Assembly (NCBI GenBank): GCA_947629335.1
Contig: CANRDI010000010.1
Coordinates: 693-64,692 of the forward strand
DNA from: an uncultured Clostridia bacterium
GTDB lineage: Bacteria > Bacillota > Clostridia > Oscillospirales > Ruminococcaceae
Length of the DNA: 64,000 bases
Reading direction: 5' to 3'
A program made the translations under genes and the position numbers. Position 1 is the first letter of the stretch, and each line of letters starts with the position of its first letter. Below are positions 50,536 through 59,987 of this stretch, piece by piece. The notes beneath the pieces are model-generated. The model had not been told where the DNA came from. It did no database searches and saw only the letters and a list, made by a program, of their open reading frames with translations.

Positions 50536-51443
50536 TATAATTTTTCCTCCTGATTGAATTTATAATTTTTGTCAATATACCCCCACTTTATGTCGCGGGA
50601 AGTTATTATCGTCTGAATATCCTCGTCCGTCAAATGACGAAAACGGCTTTGCTTTTTAAGATAATCGGCGGGGTTTGAGAAGTTTTTTGGGCGGTAGTTC
50701 AGTTTATATTCTCCGTTTTCATATTCCGCAAGCACCCACAGCCCGCAGTTTACTATCTCTTTTGCAATCTCCACCGTTTCGTCGGACGGTATTCCCCAGC
50801 CTGTCGGGCAGGGCGCGATTATGTGAATGAATTTCGTCCCCTTTATCTTTGAGGCTTTCTCGACCTTTCGCATAAAGTCCTGCAAAAATCCTACGTTTGC
50901 CGTAGCGGCGTACGGAATATCGTGCGCGGCGACTATCTCGAACATATTCTTTTTCGGCCGGAGATTTCCTCGGATGTTTTTTCCCGCAGGAGTTGTAGTC
51001 GTCCGCGCCCCGAAAGGCGTAAGCGAGCTTTTCTGAATACCTGTGTTCATATAAGCCTCGTTGTCATAGCAGATGTAGAGAATGTCGTCGTTTCGGTCAA
51101 TTGCTCCCGAAAGAGCCTGCAATCCTATGTCGGCAGTTCCTCCGTCGCCCGCGAAACCCACCGCCTGAAAGTCGGTTATGCCCTGCGCGCGAAGTCCCGC
51201 TTCTATTCCCGTAAGCATTGACGCTGTTCCCGCAAATGTGGAAATAATGGCGTTGTTTGAAAAGCACAGCTGCGGGAAATTGAACCCGACCGCCGACATA
51301 CAACCCGCAGGAAGTACTGCGACAGTCCGCTCTCCAAGAACCTTCAGCGCTATCCTCACGGCAAGACTTCCTCCGCAGCCCGCGCAAGCCTTGTGTCCGT
51401 AAAAATATTCGTTTTCGTCAAGCGTTTTTGCGGTAATGCTCAA
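50535..51443 (-). CDS. porB: 2-oxoacid:ferredoxin oxidoreductase beta subunit (TPP-binding)
   Basis: GHKACAGCG, GDGGTADIG, YDNEAYMNTG.Q and IIAPCPTGW. Confidence 0.9.
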   Translation of the reverse strand: MSITAKTLDENEYFYGHKACAGCGGSLAVRIALKVLGERTVAVLPAGCMSAVGFNFPQLCFSNNAIISTFAGTASMLTGIEAGLRAQGITDFQAVGFAGDGGTADIGLQALSGAIDRNDDILYICYDNEAYMNTGIQKSSLTPFGARTTTTPAGKNIRGNLRPKKNMFEIVAAHDIPYAATANVGFLQDFMRKVEKASKIKGTKFIHIIAPCPTGWGIPSDETVEIAKEIVNCGLWVLAEYENGEYKLNYRPKNFSNPADYLKKQSRFRHLTDEDIQTIITSRDIKWGYIDKNYKFNQEEKL

Positions 51444-52603
51444 ATCCCCTCGCCTCCTGTCCCGATAAATTCCGTCTTTTGAGTTTCGACTTTCATTTCA
51501 CTGAAAATCCGCTCGATTTCAGTCTGGGCAATATCCTGCCCGCCGAGCCCGCCGATATAGTCCGACACGGGCAGCGTAAGTCCCGCTTTTTTCAATGCTG
51601 AATTTACGTTTGTATAAACCGTGCCCTCATTCCCGAACGAAATGTCTTTTTCCAGCACCGCCGCCGCTTTCGCATTGTTAAGCGCCTTTGCGATTTCGTC
51701 ATTCGGAAAAGGTCTTATGTACCTGAGCCGCAGAAGTCCGACTTTATCGCCGTTTTCCCTCAGCTTGTCAACGGTTTCGCGTACAAGCCCCGCGATACTC
51801 CCCAAGGTGATTAAAATATACTCCGCGTCATCTGTTTTGTAATTCTCGACAAGCCCCGTGTATTCCCTGCCGAATATTTTCTTGAATTTCAGCTCCGCTT
51901 CTTTTATAACGTCAACTGCCGCCAACATTCCCAGATGTTCTTTGTACTTAAACAGCGCGTTGTATTCCGGACCTGCCGAGAATGCGAGATTTTTCGGGTT
52001 TGAAAAATCAAGTTTGTTTTCCGTTTCAAATTTCGGCAATAACTCGTCAGCCTGTTCTGCTGTAGGAACATCAACCACTTCATAAGTGTGCGTCAGCACA
52101 AAGCCGTCAAGGTTTGCCATAAACGGCGTTGAAACATCTTTGTGTTCGGAAATGTAATAGCTCATAAGCGCCAAGTCAAGCGCTTCCTGAGCATTTTCGG
52201 CGTATGCCTGTATCCACCCGCAGTCAAGAAGCGAAAGCGAATCGCGTTGGTCGCCGTAGATATTCCACGGGAGTGCGGTAGAGCGGTTTGCGTTCATCAT
52301 CACTATCGGAAACCGCCCGCCCGACGCATACACAAGGCACTCAGCCATATAGAGCAGACCCTGCGAGGAAGTGGCGGTAAAGGCTCTCGCGCCGACCGCC
52401 GACGCGCCTATAGCACAGGACAGCGCGGAATGTTCGGACTCAACGTGAATAAACTGAGAATTAAGGCTTTTGTCCTCGACCATTTCGGAAAGCCGCTCGA
52501 CAACAATTGTCTGCGGGGTTATGGGGTAAGCGGAAATGACCTGCACACGCGCAAGCCGTATTCCCTCGGCAAACGCCTCGTTTCCCGACAAAAACTTTCT
52601 CAT
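51440..52603 (-). CDS. porA: 2-oxoacid:ferredoxin oxidoreductase alpha subunit
   Basis: SAYPITPQT, ESEHSA, TATSSQGL and DGF.LTHT.E. Confidence 0.9.
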   Translation of the reverse strand: MRKFLSGNEAFAEGIRLARVQVISAYPITPQTIVVERLSEMVEDKSLNSQFIHVESEHSALSCAIGASAVGARAFTATSSQGLLYMAECLVYASGGRFPIVMMNANRSTALPWNIYGDQRDSLSLLDCGWIQAYAENAQEALDLALMSYYISEHKDVSTPFMANLDGFVLTHTYEVVDVPTAEQADELLPKFETENKLDFSNPKNLAFSAGPEYNALFKYKEHLGMLAAVDVIKEAELKFKKIFGREYTGLVENYKTDDAEYILITLGSIAGLVRETVDKLRENGDKVGLLRLRYIRPFPNDEIAKALNNAKAAAVLEKDISFGNEGTVYTNVNSALKKAGLTLPVSDYIGGLGGQDIAQTEIERIFSEMKVETQKTEFIGTGGEGI

Positions 52604-52890
52604 ATTTCCGCCTCCATTTCAATTGCGCCGAGTTTGCAGGTCTTGGCGCAAATGCCGCACCCCTTGCAGAAATCATAGTCTATAGCTATCTTTCCGTCCT
52701 GCTTTGCGATAACTCCGTCGGGACAGCAGAGATAACACTTAAGACAACCGACGCATTTTGCCTTGTCAACCGTCGGTCGGACGTTTCTCCAGCCCGCGTT
52801 TTTGCTTACGAGATAACCTGCTTCAAAAACGGTGTATTCGGGGATTTCGGAAAGCGTTTTCGGAACTTTTTCCCTGAGATACGGTTTCAT
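52600..52890 (-). CDS. porD: 2-oxoacid:ferredoxin oxidoreductase delta subunit (2x[4Fe-4S])
   Basis: GWR..RP, CVGCLKCYLCCPD and DYDFCKGCGICAKTC. Confidence 0.9.
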   Translation of the reverse strand: MKPYLREKVPKTLSEIPEYTVFEAGYLVSKNAGWRNVRPTVDKAKCVGCLKCYLCCPDGVIAKQDGKIAIDYDFCKGCGICAKTCKLGAIEMEAEI

Positions 52891-53420
52891 TTTTTCAGCT
52901 CCTTTCCGACTATCTCCGCCGCCGCGCGGACGACCTCGGCGTTCTTTTTCTGCAATTTTTCGGGCATTCCTAAAAATATCGCGTTTTCAATATACTCTGC
53001 GGTGATTTTCGGAAAAACCGCCGAAATTGCTCCGAGCATAACGGTGTTTGCGACGGGAAGTTTTGCCCGCTCGGCGATTTCATTCGCGTCAAATGCGACA
53101 ACTCGCCTGTCGTTTACGGGTTTTCTCGTATTCAGAAGAATAACGCCGCCGTCTTTAAGCTCGTCAAATGCCTTTTCCGAAAACAGAGTATCGTCAAGAA
53201 ACACGCTTATGTCGGCTTTTTTAATTTCGCTGCGGTTTCCCAAAGGCCTGCCGTCAAGTTTTGTAAACGCGCGGATAGGCGCGCCTCGGCGCTCAGGTCC
53301 GAAAGACGGAAACGCAAGCGCGTAATTGTTTTCACTTTTCAGCGCATAAGCTGCTCCCAAAAGCCGCGCGGCGGTAAACGCTCCCTGACCGCCCCTGCCG
53401 TGCCATAAAATTTCTGTCAT
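52887..53420 (-). CDS. porG: 2-oxoacid:ferredoxin oxidoreductase gamma subunit
   Basis: WHGRGGQGA, FPSFGPERRGAP and NTVMLGA. Confidence 0.9.
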   Translation of the reverse strand: MTEILWHGRGGQGAFTAARLLGAAYALKSENNYALAFPSFGPERRGAPIRAFTKLDGRPLGNRSEIKKADISVFLDDTLFSEKAFDELKDGGVILLNTRKPVNDRRVVAFDANEIAERAKLPVANTVMLGAISAVFPKITAEYIENAIFLGMPEKLQKKNAEVVRAAAEIVGKELKK

Positions 53421-53430
53421 AATTCATCTC

Positions 53431-54351
53431 CTATCGTTTATAGCGCAGAAAAAAGCGCTGTAATTTGTTGAACAAAAACGAAATAATAACCACGACTATT
53501 CCTATAACAAGCAGACCGACAATCGTTCTGGTGTAATCTCCGAAGTCGGAGTAGTTTTTGACGTAATAGCCCATTCCGCTGTTCGCGCCTATCATCTCGG
53601 CGGAGGTAAGCAGGATAAACGAAACGCTTAAACCCTGATTGCAGCCGACAAAGATTTCCGAAAGCGACGCGGGAAGTATTACCGAAAACAGCATCGAAAA
53701 TTTCCCGACATTCAGTACTCTTGCGGAATCTATTACCCTTTTGTCAACGTTAAGCACTCCGCTCATTGTTCCCGATAGCACGGGCCAGAATGACGCAAGG
53801 AAGATAACGAAAACCGAAACGCTTCTAAATGTTGGCAAAAGTGCAATTCCGTAAGGTATGTACACGATAGGCGGAATTGAACCCAAAAATTTGGAAATAT
53901 AAGTCGCGGCATTTCCAAGGCGCACGCTGTATCCCAGAAACAATCCGAGCGGGATTTCGATAACCAGCGCCAGAAGATAACCCTGAACGATAATTGCGAG
54001 CGAACTTCCGATATTCAGCAATATCTTGCTTATGTCCTCAATGAACTGTCTGAAAACATCTCCGGGCGGAGGAAAAAGAGCCTTGTCTAAAATATCGGAC
54101 TTTGCCGAAGCTATCGTCCACAAAATCAAAAGCGCATACAAAAACGAGATTATGTCCGAAAAGAGGTTTAGTCCCTGTTCTTTTTTTGAAATCAGCGAAA
54201 CGAGAATTACCGCCGCTTCGGCGATAAGCGAAAACCATATCACATATATTCCGTTGTCCTCTTTCAATTCGCTGTTCGGAAGAAACTGAACCGCGATAAG
54301 CACTATAAACAGAAAATTTACGGCGCGGAGAAACCTTTTCTTTGCCGTCAT
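53431..54351 (-). CDS. ABC transporter permease (SsuC-like, extra N-terminal helices)
   Basis: SIPPIVYIP, ASFWPV, GV.NVD...IDSAR.L and AEMIGA.SGMG. Confidence 0.88.
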   Translation of the reverse strand: MTAKKRFLRAVNFLFIVLIAVQFLPNSELKEDNGIYVIWFSLIAEAAVILVSLISKKEQGLNLFSDIISFLYALLILWTIASAKSDILDKALFPPPGDVFRQFIEDISKILLNIGSSLAIIVQGYLLALVIEIPLGLFLGYSVRLGNAATYISKFLGSIPPIVYIPYGIALLPTFRSVSVFVIFLASFWPVLSGTMSGVLNVDKRVIDSARVLNVGKFSMLFSVILPASLSEIFVGCNQGLSVSFILLTSAEMIGANSGMGYYVKNYSDFGDYTRTIVGLLVIGIVVVIISFLFNKLQRFFLRYKR

Positions 54352-55151
54352 CAGAGAACCACCTCCTCGCCGCCTATCCTGCCTGTTATGTCGTTGTAGA
54401 AATAAGAGATAATGCTGTTGCGGAAAGTGGTGTATTCCTGCGTCTGAACAAGCTGTACGCGGTTTCTCGGACGGGAAAACGGAACGTTTATTTCCTTATA
54501 AACTCTCCCCGGACTTGCCGTCATCATTACTATCCTGTCGGAGAGAAGAATTGCCTCGTCAATGTCGTGAGTTACAAACACAACAGTCTTTCTGCTTTCT
54601 TCCCACAACTCTAAAAGCAGCTCCTGCAATGCCGTTCGGTTTACCGCGTCAATTGCGCCGAACGGTTCGTCCATAAGCAGTATTTCCGTGTCCATTGCAA
54701 GCGCTCTCGCAATAGCAACGCGCTGCTGCATTCCGCCCGAAAGCTGAGAGGGATATTTGTTTTTGAATTTGGTTAGTCCGACTTTATCCAGAAAGCTGTC
54801 CGCAAGCTCCATTCTTTCGGCTTTTGAAAGCGTTTTTTGGGTCTGCTTTATCCCAAACGCAACATTTTTCCGCGCCGTAAGCCACGGGAACAGCGAATAA
54901 TGCTGAAACACAACTCCGCGGTCTGTGCCCGTTCCCACAACGGGTTTTCCGTCGATAAGAACGCTTCCGTCCGTCGGCGGGTTTATGCCCTCAAGAACGC
55001 TCAGCAGGGTGCTTTTTCCGCACCCGCTGAACCCTATAACGCTTACAAATTCGCCCGAATTTACCTTAAACGAAACATCCTTTAAAGCCGTGAAATTCTT
55101 GTTCTTTTCGACATAATCCACCGTTAAATTATTTATTTCTATCGTACTCAT
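54351..55151 (-). CDS. ABC transporter ATP-binding protein (SsuB/TauB-like)
   Basis: GFSGCGKST, FQHYSLFPW, LSGGMQQRV, LMDEPFGA and VTHD; start MSTIE at 55151. Confidence 0.92.
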   Translation of the reverse strand: MSTIEINNLTVDYVEKNKNFTALKDVSFKVNSGEFVSVIGFSGCGKSTLLSVLEGINPPTDGSVLIDGKPVVGTGTDRGVVFQHYSLFPWLTARKNVAFGIKQTQKTLSKAERMELADSFLDKVGLTKFKNKYPSQLSGGMQQRVAIARALAMDTEILLMDEPFGAIDAVNRTALQELLLELWEESRKTVVFVTHDIDEAILLSDRIVMMTASPGRVYKEINVPFSRPRNRVQLVQTQEYTTFRNSIISYFYNDITGRIGGEEVVL

Positions 55152-55188
55152 TATAAACCCTTTCAAATCCGCCGAAATTTTGTATGAA

Positions 55189-56277
55189 TTACTCAAACTG
55201 CTCAAAATGCTCTGAAAGCTGTTTATATATCTCGTCATTCGGATTTTCTTCGATAAGAGAATTTAAAGCGCTTTCGTAAATCGAAATGTTGTAAAGTGAA
55301 TTTATGTCATAATCGTTTGTATATCCAAGCGCCACAATTTCATCTTTAAGTTTCGCAGTTCCGATCTTGTCGGGGTCGGGATTTGACGTGCCGTAACCGC
55401 CGTAGACCTCTGTGCGGATAAAATCTTCGTCAATGTCAATGTAGACCTTTACGTCCTCTATTGTCTGCTCCTGATTTTCCTGCGAGAATTTGTATGCCTT
55501 TATAAGCGCGCGTTCAAACGCGGTGTAGCTGTCGATATGTTCGGAAAGAGCGGCAGTCGGCGCAACTTGTCGGCAGCAAGGCTGATTTGCAAGCGCTTCT
55601 TCCTCTGAGCAGCGATAAACTATCGAATATCCCTCGCTTTCGGCAAGCGACGCATACGGCGAATACACGGAAGCCGCGTCTATGCTGTCATTTTTGATTG
55701 CATTATAAGCGTCTTTCTGGCTGTCAAAGTAAACGATATTTACCTTGTCCTCTCCATCGCCTATTTCAATTCCCGCGTTTTTCAGCAATATCTGCAACTC
55801 CGCGTCCTGAACGCTGTTTTTGACCGAAGCGACGTTTTTGCCTTTGAGAATGTTTATATCCCAATCCGTCAGCCCATCGGTGAATTTTTTCTTTATGACA
55901 TAGCCGTGACCGTTTGTCATTGCACCGCCGAAAATGGTCAGATCCTGCCCGTTGCTCTGGAATGTGATTATCGGAACAGAGCCGATAAACGCAACATCAA
56001 GTTTTCCCGAAGTAAGACCGTTTGAAAGCTCCGCAGCGCTTGAAAACTGAGTGAGCGTTACATTCAGCCCCTCTTCTTCAAAATATCCTTCTTCCTTTGC
56101 TACAAACGCCAAAAGATGCGCTGTGGAATTTAAATGTCCTATCTGAAAATCAGTCTTTGAAAGAGACGATTGCCCGCTTTGATCTGCAGGATTTTCCGAA
56201 TTGCTGCACCCTGTAAATAATAGTGAAAGCGCGAGAATTCCCGCCGCGATTTTATTGTTTATAATTTTTTTGTTCAT
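55189..56277 (-). CDS. ABC substrate-binding lipoprotein (SsuA/NrtA-like)
   Basis: Lipobox LFTGC; A.EEGYFEEEGL.V.L, G.LDVA and NQPCCRQV. Confidence 0.88.
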   Translation of the reverse strand: MNKKIINNKIAAGILALSLLFTGCSNSENPADQSGQSSLSKTDFQIGHLNSTAHLLAFVAKEEGYFEEEGLNVTLTQFSSAAELSNGLTSGKLDVAFIGSVPIITFQSNGQDLTIFGGAMTNGHGYVIKKKFTDGLTDWDINILKGKNVASVKNSVQDAELQILLKNAGIEIGDGEDKVNIVYFDSQKDAYNAIKNDSIDAASVYSPYASLAESEGYSIVYRCSEEEALANQPCCRQVAPTAALSEHIDSYTAFERALIKAYKFSQENQEQTIEDVKVYIDIDEDFIRTEVYGGYGTSNPDPDKIGTAKLKDEIVALGYTNDYDINSLYNISIYESALNSLIEENPNDEIYKQLSEHFEQFE

Positions 56278-56406
56278 TTTATGTTGTCCTTTCTGTCTGT
56301 TTAGTTGTTGTTGTCAAAAAGCGTGATTTTTGTTTACGATGTGTTCTCTTTCATCATTTATAACGCCCCCTTTTCTTAATTATATCACGGAGCGTTTAAA
56401 ATGTCC

Positions 56407-56429
56407 AATATCATATATGAATAGTAGGC
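56407..56429 (-). promoter_or_regulatory. Putative sulfur-regulon operator, copy 1
   Basis: GCCTACTATTCATATATGATATT abuts the -35 (TGGACA-17-TATAAT) of the ABC-POR operon. Confidence 0.55.
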
Positions 56430-56481
56430 TATAAATAAAATCTATATCTTTTATATTTTTCAAAGCTTTTTGCTATACTCT

Positions 56482-57399
56482 TTATACATCAAGCGAACCA
56501 AGATAGTTCTTCATTTCCTCAATGTAGAGATTGCCCATTTGGCTTATTATAAGGTCGCGTTTTACGATATAGCCTATCTCCATTTTGTCGCTTTCGCCGT
56601 CTGAAAACGGAATTGCGGTATAATCCCCGCCGTTGAGTTCAGAGCAGATAATTCCCGAGCAAAGCGTATATCCGTTAAGTCCTATCATAAGATTTAACAT
56701 TGTGGCGCGGTCGTTTGCCTTTATCGTTCGGGAATAGTTTTTCGTGCTGAAAATTTCCTCGACGTAATAATCCGAGCTTTCGTTTCCTTGTTCAAAGGAA
56801 AGGCAGGGATACGGTTCAAGTTCTTTTAATCCTATGGTTTTATTTTTCGCAAGAGGATGTCCTTTCCAAAGATAAACATAGGCTTTGCAGTCCACAAGGC
56901 GGTGAAATTCAAGGTTATTTGCTTTCAATACCTTTGTGAGAAACTTTCTGTTAAAGCCGCTCATAAAGATTATGCCTATCTCGCTTTTCATCGTGCGAAC
57001 GTCCTCTATGACCTCTCTTGTCTGAGTTTCGCGGACGGCAAATTCATATTCTGTGGTGTTGTATTTTTTCACAAGCTCGACAAAGCATTTTACCGCAAAC
57101 GAATAGTGCTGTGAAGAAATTCCGAATTTCTTCTTTACCGCGCCGTTTTTCCCATAGCGTTCAATAAGCTGTTCATAGCGGTAGTAAATTTCTCGTGCAT
57201 AGGAGATAAATTCAATTCCGTCATTTGTAAGCGTCATTCCTTTCCCGCCGCGGTAAAACAATGTAACGCCGAGCTCCGATTCAAGCTCGCGCACAGCCGC
57301 CGTAAGCGACGGCTGTGAAATGTACAGCTCTTCGGCGGATTTACTCAAAGAGCCCGTTTTCGCAATGGTTAAGATATAATGCAGTTGTTGTAATGTCAT
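56482..57399 (-). CDS. LysR family regulator (CmbR/CysL-like)
   Basis: MTLQQL.Y...IA..GS.SK.AEEL.ISQPSL helix-turn-helix; sulfur gene context. Confidence 0.92.
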   Translation of the reverse strand: MTLQQLHYILTIAKTGSLSKSAEELYISQPSLTAAVRELESELGVTLFYRGGKGMTLTNDGIEFISYAREIYYRYEQLIERYGKNGAVKKKFGISSQHYSFAVKCFVELVKKYNTTEYEFAVRETQTREVIEDVRTMKSEIGIIFMSGFNRKFLTKVLKANNLEFHRLVDCKAYVYLWKGHPLAKNKTIGLKELEPYPCLSFEQGNESSDYYVEEIFSTKNYSRTIKANDRATMLNLMIGLNGYTLCSGIICSELNGGDYTAIPFSDGESDKMEIGYIVKRDLIISQMGNLYIEEMKNYLGSLDV

Positions 57400-57468
57400 A
57401 AAAATTCTCCTAGTTCCGCACTTGAAAATAAGCGGAATAAGTGTTATAATATATCCGAGGTGAAAAAA

Positions 57469-57891
57469 ATGAAAATTTCGACAAAAGGGCGCTATGCTCT
57501 GAGAATGTTGATTGACCTTGCCGAAAACGGCAATTCGGGTTATGTAGCGCTTAAAGATATTGCCGAAAGGCAGGGAATATCAAAAAAATATCTCGAACAG
57601 ATCGTGCCTATTTTAAGCCGCGGGAAAATTCTCAAAACAACGCGCGGATTTCAGGGCGGGTATATGCTGTCAGCTCCGCCCGAAAATTTCACGGTCGGAC
57701 AGATTTTAAGGCTTACAGAGGGAAGTCTTGCGCCCGTCGCGTGCGCGGAGTGTCCCGAAGATTGCGAGCGCAGCGGCGAATGTAAAACGCTTTGCATATG
57801 GCAGGGACTTAACCGCGTTATAAATGAATACCTTGACGGCATTACGCTGTCAGACGCCGTAAATCAAAACATAGCAATTGACGAAATTTAA
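57469..57891 (+). CDS. Rrf2 family transcriptional regulator with a Cys cluster
   Basis: MKISTKGRYALR, I...YLEQI, RG..GGY.L, EG.LAPV.C..C...C.....C; promoter TTGAAA-17-TATAAT at 57422-57450. Confidence 0.92.
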   Translation: MKISTKGRYALRMLIDLAENGNSGYVALKDIAERQGISKKYLEQIVPILSRGKILKTTRGFQGGYMLSAPPENFTVGQILRLTEGSLAPVACAECPEDCERSGECKTLCIWQGLNRVINEYLDGITLSDAVNQNIAIDEI

Positions 57892-57901
57892 AACGCGCTT
57901 T

Positions 57902-58810
57902 TTATTTATACAGCCCTTTTGTAAAATAACGGTCGCCGCGGTCGGGAAGAATTATCACGATATTGCCGACAGCGCCCGAATTTATAAGCTTTTTCGCCGC
58001 CGCAAGCGCACCGCCCGATGATGAGCCTGCAAATATTCCCTCTTTTTTCGCAAGCTCCCTCGCGCAGTCGAAAGCCTCGCCGTCGGTTATCTTTACGACC
58101 TTATCGACAAGCGACATATCCATTGTTTCGGCGATAAAATCGTTTCCTATGCCCTCGATATCGTAATCTCCGTGTTCTCCGCCGCCCATTGTAGAGCCGA
58201 CGGGGTCTGCAAGTACGCCGACGATACGGGGGGTTTTCTGTTTGAGATAACGCACAGCTCCCGTATAAGTGCCGCCGCTGCCCGCTCCCGCAACAAAATA
58301 GTCTATATTTCCGCTCAGATCGTCATAAATTTCCCGTCCCGTTGTGTTGTAGTGTACAAGCGGGTTTGCCTGATTTTTAAACTGGTCAAGAGTTATCGCA
58401 CCATCTATTTTATCACGCAGCTTTGCCGCTTCTTCGGACGCAAGTTTCATTCCTCCCTCGCGGGGAGTGTTGATTATTTCCGCACCTAAAGCGCGCAGGA
58501 GTGTTTGTTTTTCCTCCGAAAATTTTGTCGGAACAACAAATATTATCCGATAGCCCTTGTTCAGTGCCGCAAACGCTATCCCAAGTCCCGTGTTTCCCGC
58601 TGTTGCGTCAACTATCGTTCCTCCAGCTTTTAACAGCCCTTTTTCCTCCGCGTCCTCTATCATTGCTTTGCCTGTTCTGTCCTTGACGCTGCCCGACGGG
58701 TTGTAAAGCTCAAGCTTTGCGAAAATATGCGCGTTTTTGTCTGCGCTTATTTGCGTAAGCTCTACAAGCGGAGTGTTTCCGATAAGCTCCTGCATTGAAT
58801 GATAAAGCAT
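57902..58810 (-). CDS. mccA: O-acetylserine-dependent cystathionine beta-synthase (cysteine synthase family)
   Basis: AKLELYNPSGSVKDR, ATAGNTG, GAGSGGT and EGIG; coupled to the cystathionine lyase. Confidence 0.8.
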   Translation of the reverse strand: MLYHSMQELIGNTPLVELTQISADKNAHIFAKLELYNPSGSVKDRTGKAMIEDAEEKGLLKAGGTIVDATAGNTGLGIAFAALNKGYRIIFVVPTKFSEEKQTLLRALGAEIINTPREGGMKLASEEAAKLRDKIDGAITLDQFKNQANPLVHYNTTGREIYDDLSGNIDYFVAGAGSGGTYTGAVRYLKQKTPRIVGVLADPVGSTMGGGEHGDYDIEGIGNDFIAETMDMSLVDKVVKITDGEAFDCARELAKKEGIFAGSSSGGALAAAKKLINSGAVGNIVIILPDRGDRYFTKGLYK

Positions 58811-59970
58811 TATTTTACCTCGCTTTCTTCAATTGCCCGCGACAGGTCGGCGATAATGTCGTCTGCGCTTTCAATTCCCACCGACAGCCTTATTAAGCCG
58901 TCTGTTATTCCGACCTTCTGACGCGTTTCATACGGAATTGACGCGTGCGTCATACTCGCGGGGTGGCAGATAAGGCTTTCCGCTCCGCCAAGGCTTTCCG
59001 CAAGCGCGATAAGTTTAAGCGACGAAAAGAACTTTTTGATGTCGTAATTTTCGTACAGCTCAAATGAGAGCATTGCGCCGCCGTTTTTCGCCTGTTTTTT
59101 GTTTATTTCATAGCCTTGCGCGTCGGGAAGTCCGGGATAGTACACCTTTTTCACAGCCTTGTGCTGTTTTAAAAATTCCGCAGCTTTTTTCGCATTTTCA
59201 ACGTGTCTGTCAAGCCTTACGCCGAGCGTTTTTATTCCTCTTATCAGCAAAAATGAGTCAAACGGACCGAGAACTCCTCCCGTTGCATTCTGAATAAACG
59301 CAAGTCTTTCGGAAAGGTTTTTGTCGTGTACAACAACTAATCCCGCGACAAGGTCGCTGTGACCGCCGAGATATTTTGTCGCGCTGTGAACGACAATGTC
59401 TATCCCCTGCTCTATAGGTCTTTGAAGATATGGCGTCATAAAGGTGTTGTCGGCAATTGACAGAATGTTGTGCCTTTTGGCAATGTCGGCTATTCCCTCA
59501 AGGTCTGTAATTGTAAGCAGAGGATTTGCGGGAGTTTCAATAAGTATCGCCTTTACGTCGGGCGTTATTTTTTTGTCCAACGCTTCAAGATCGGTCGTGT
59601 CCTCAATTGAATAGCCAATGCCGAAATTGCTGAATATTTTGTCGAGAACGCGGAAAGTACCGCCGTAGACGTTGCTTGAAATAAGTATCTTATCTCCCGT
59701 GTGAAACAGGCTTAAAACAGCCGTTATCGCCGCCATTCCAGAGCCGAACGCAAATCCCGCAGTTCCTCCCTCAAGCTCCGCGATAAGCGCCTCAAGCGCC
59801 GCGCGGGTGGGATTTCCCGTGCGCGAATATTCCCAGCCCGTGTTGTGTCCGAGTTCGGGCTGTTCAAAAGTCGAGGTCTGATAGATAGGGACGTTCACCG
59901 CGCCCGTCTTTTCGTCGCCGTAGATCCCGCCGTGAATAAGCGCGGACTCAATATCATTGTAGTTCTTCAT
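58810..59970 (-). CDS. mccB: Cystathionine gamma-lyase
   Basis: PIYQTSTF, YSRTGNPT, SGMAAI, ETPANP, DNTF, HSATKYLGGHSD and IRLSVGIE. Confidence 0.85.
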   Translation of the reverse strand: MKNYNDIESALIHGGIYGDEKTGAVNVPIYQTSTFEQPELGHNTGWEYSRTGNPTRAALEALIAELEGGTAGFAFGSGMAAITAVLSLFHTGDKILISSNVYGGTFRVLDKIFSNFGIGYSIEDTTDLEALDKKITPDVKAILIETPANPLLTITDLEGIADIAKRHNILSIADNTFMTPYLQRPIEQGIDIVVHSATKYLGGHSDLVAGLVVVHDKNLSERLAFIQNATGGVLGPFDSFLLIRGIKTLGVRLDRHVENAKKAAEFLKQHKAVKKVYYPGLPDAQGYEINKKQAKNGGAMLSFELYENYDIKKFFSSLKLIALAESLGGAESLICHPASMTHASIPYETRQKVGITDGLIRLSVGIESADDIIADLSRAIEESEVK

Positions 59971-59987
59971 AAAATTTCCTCCTGTTT

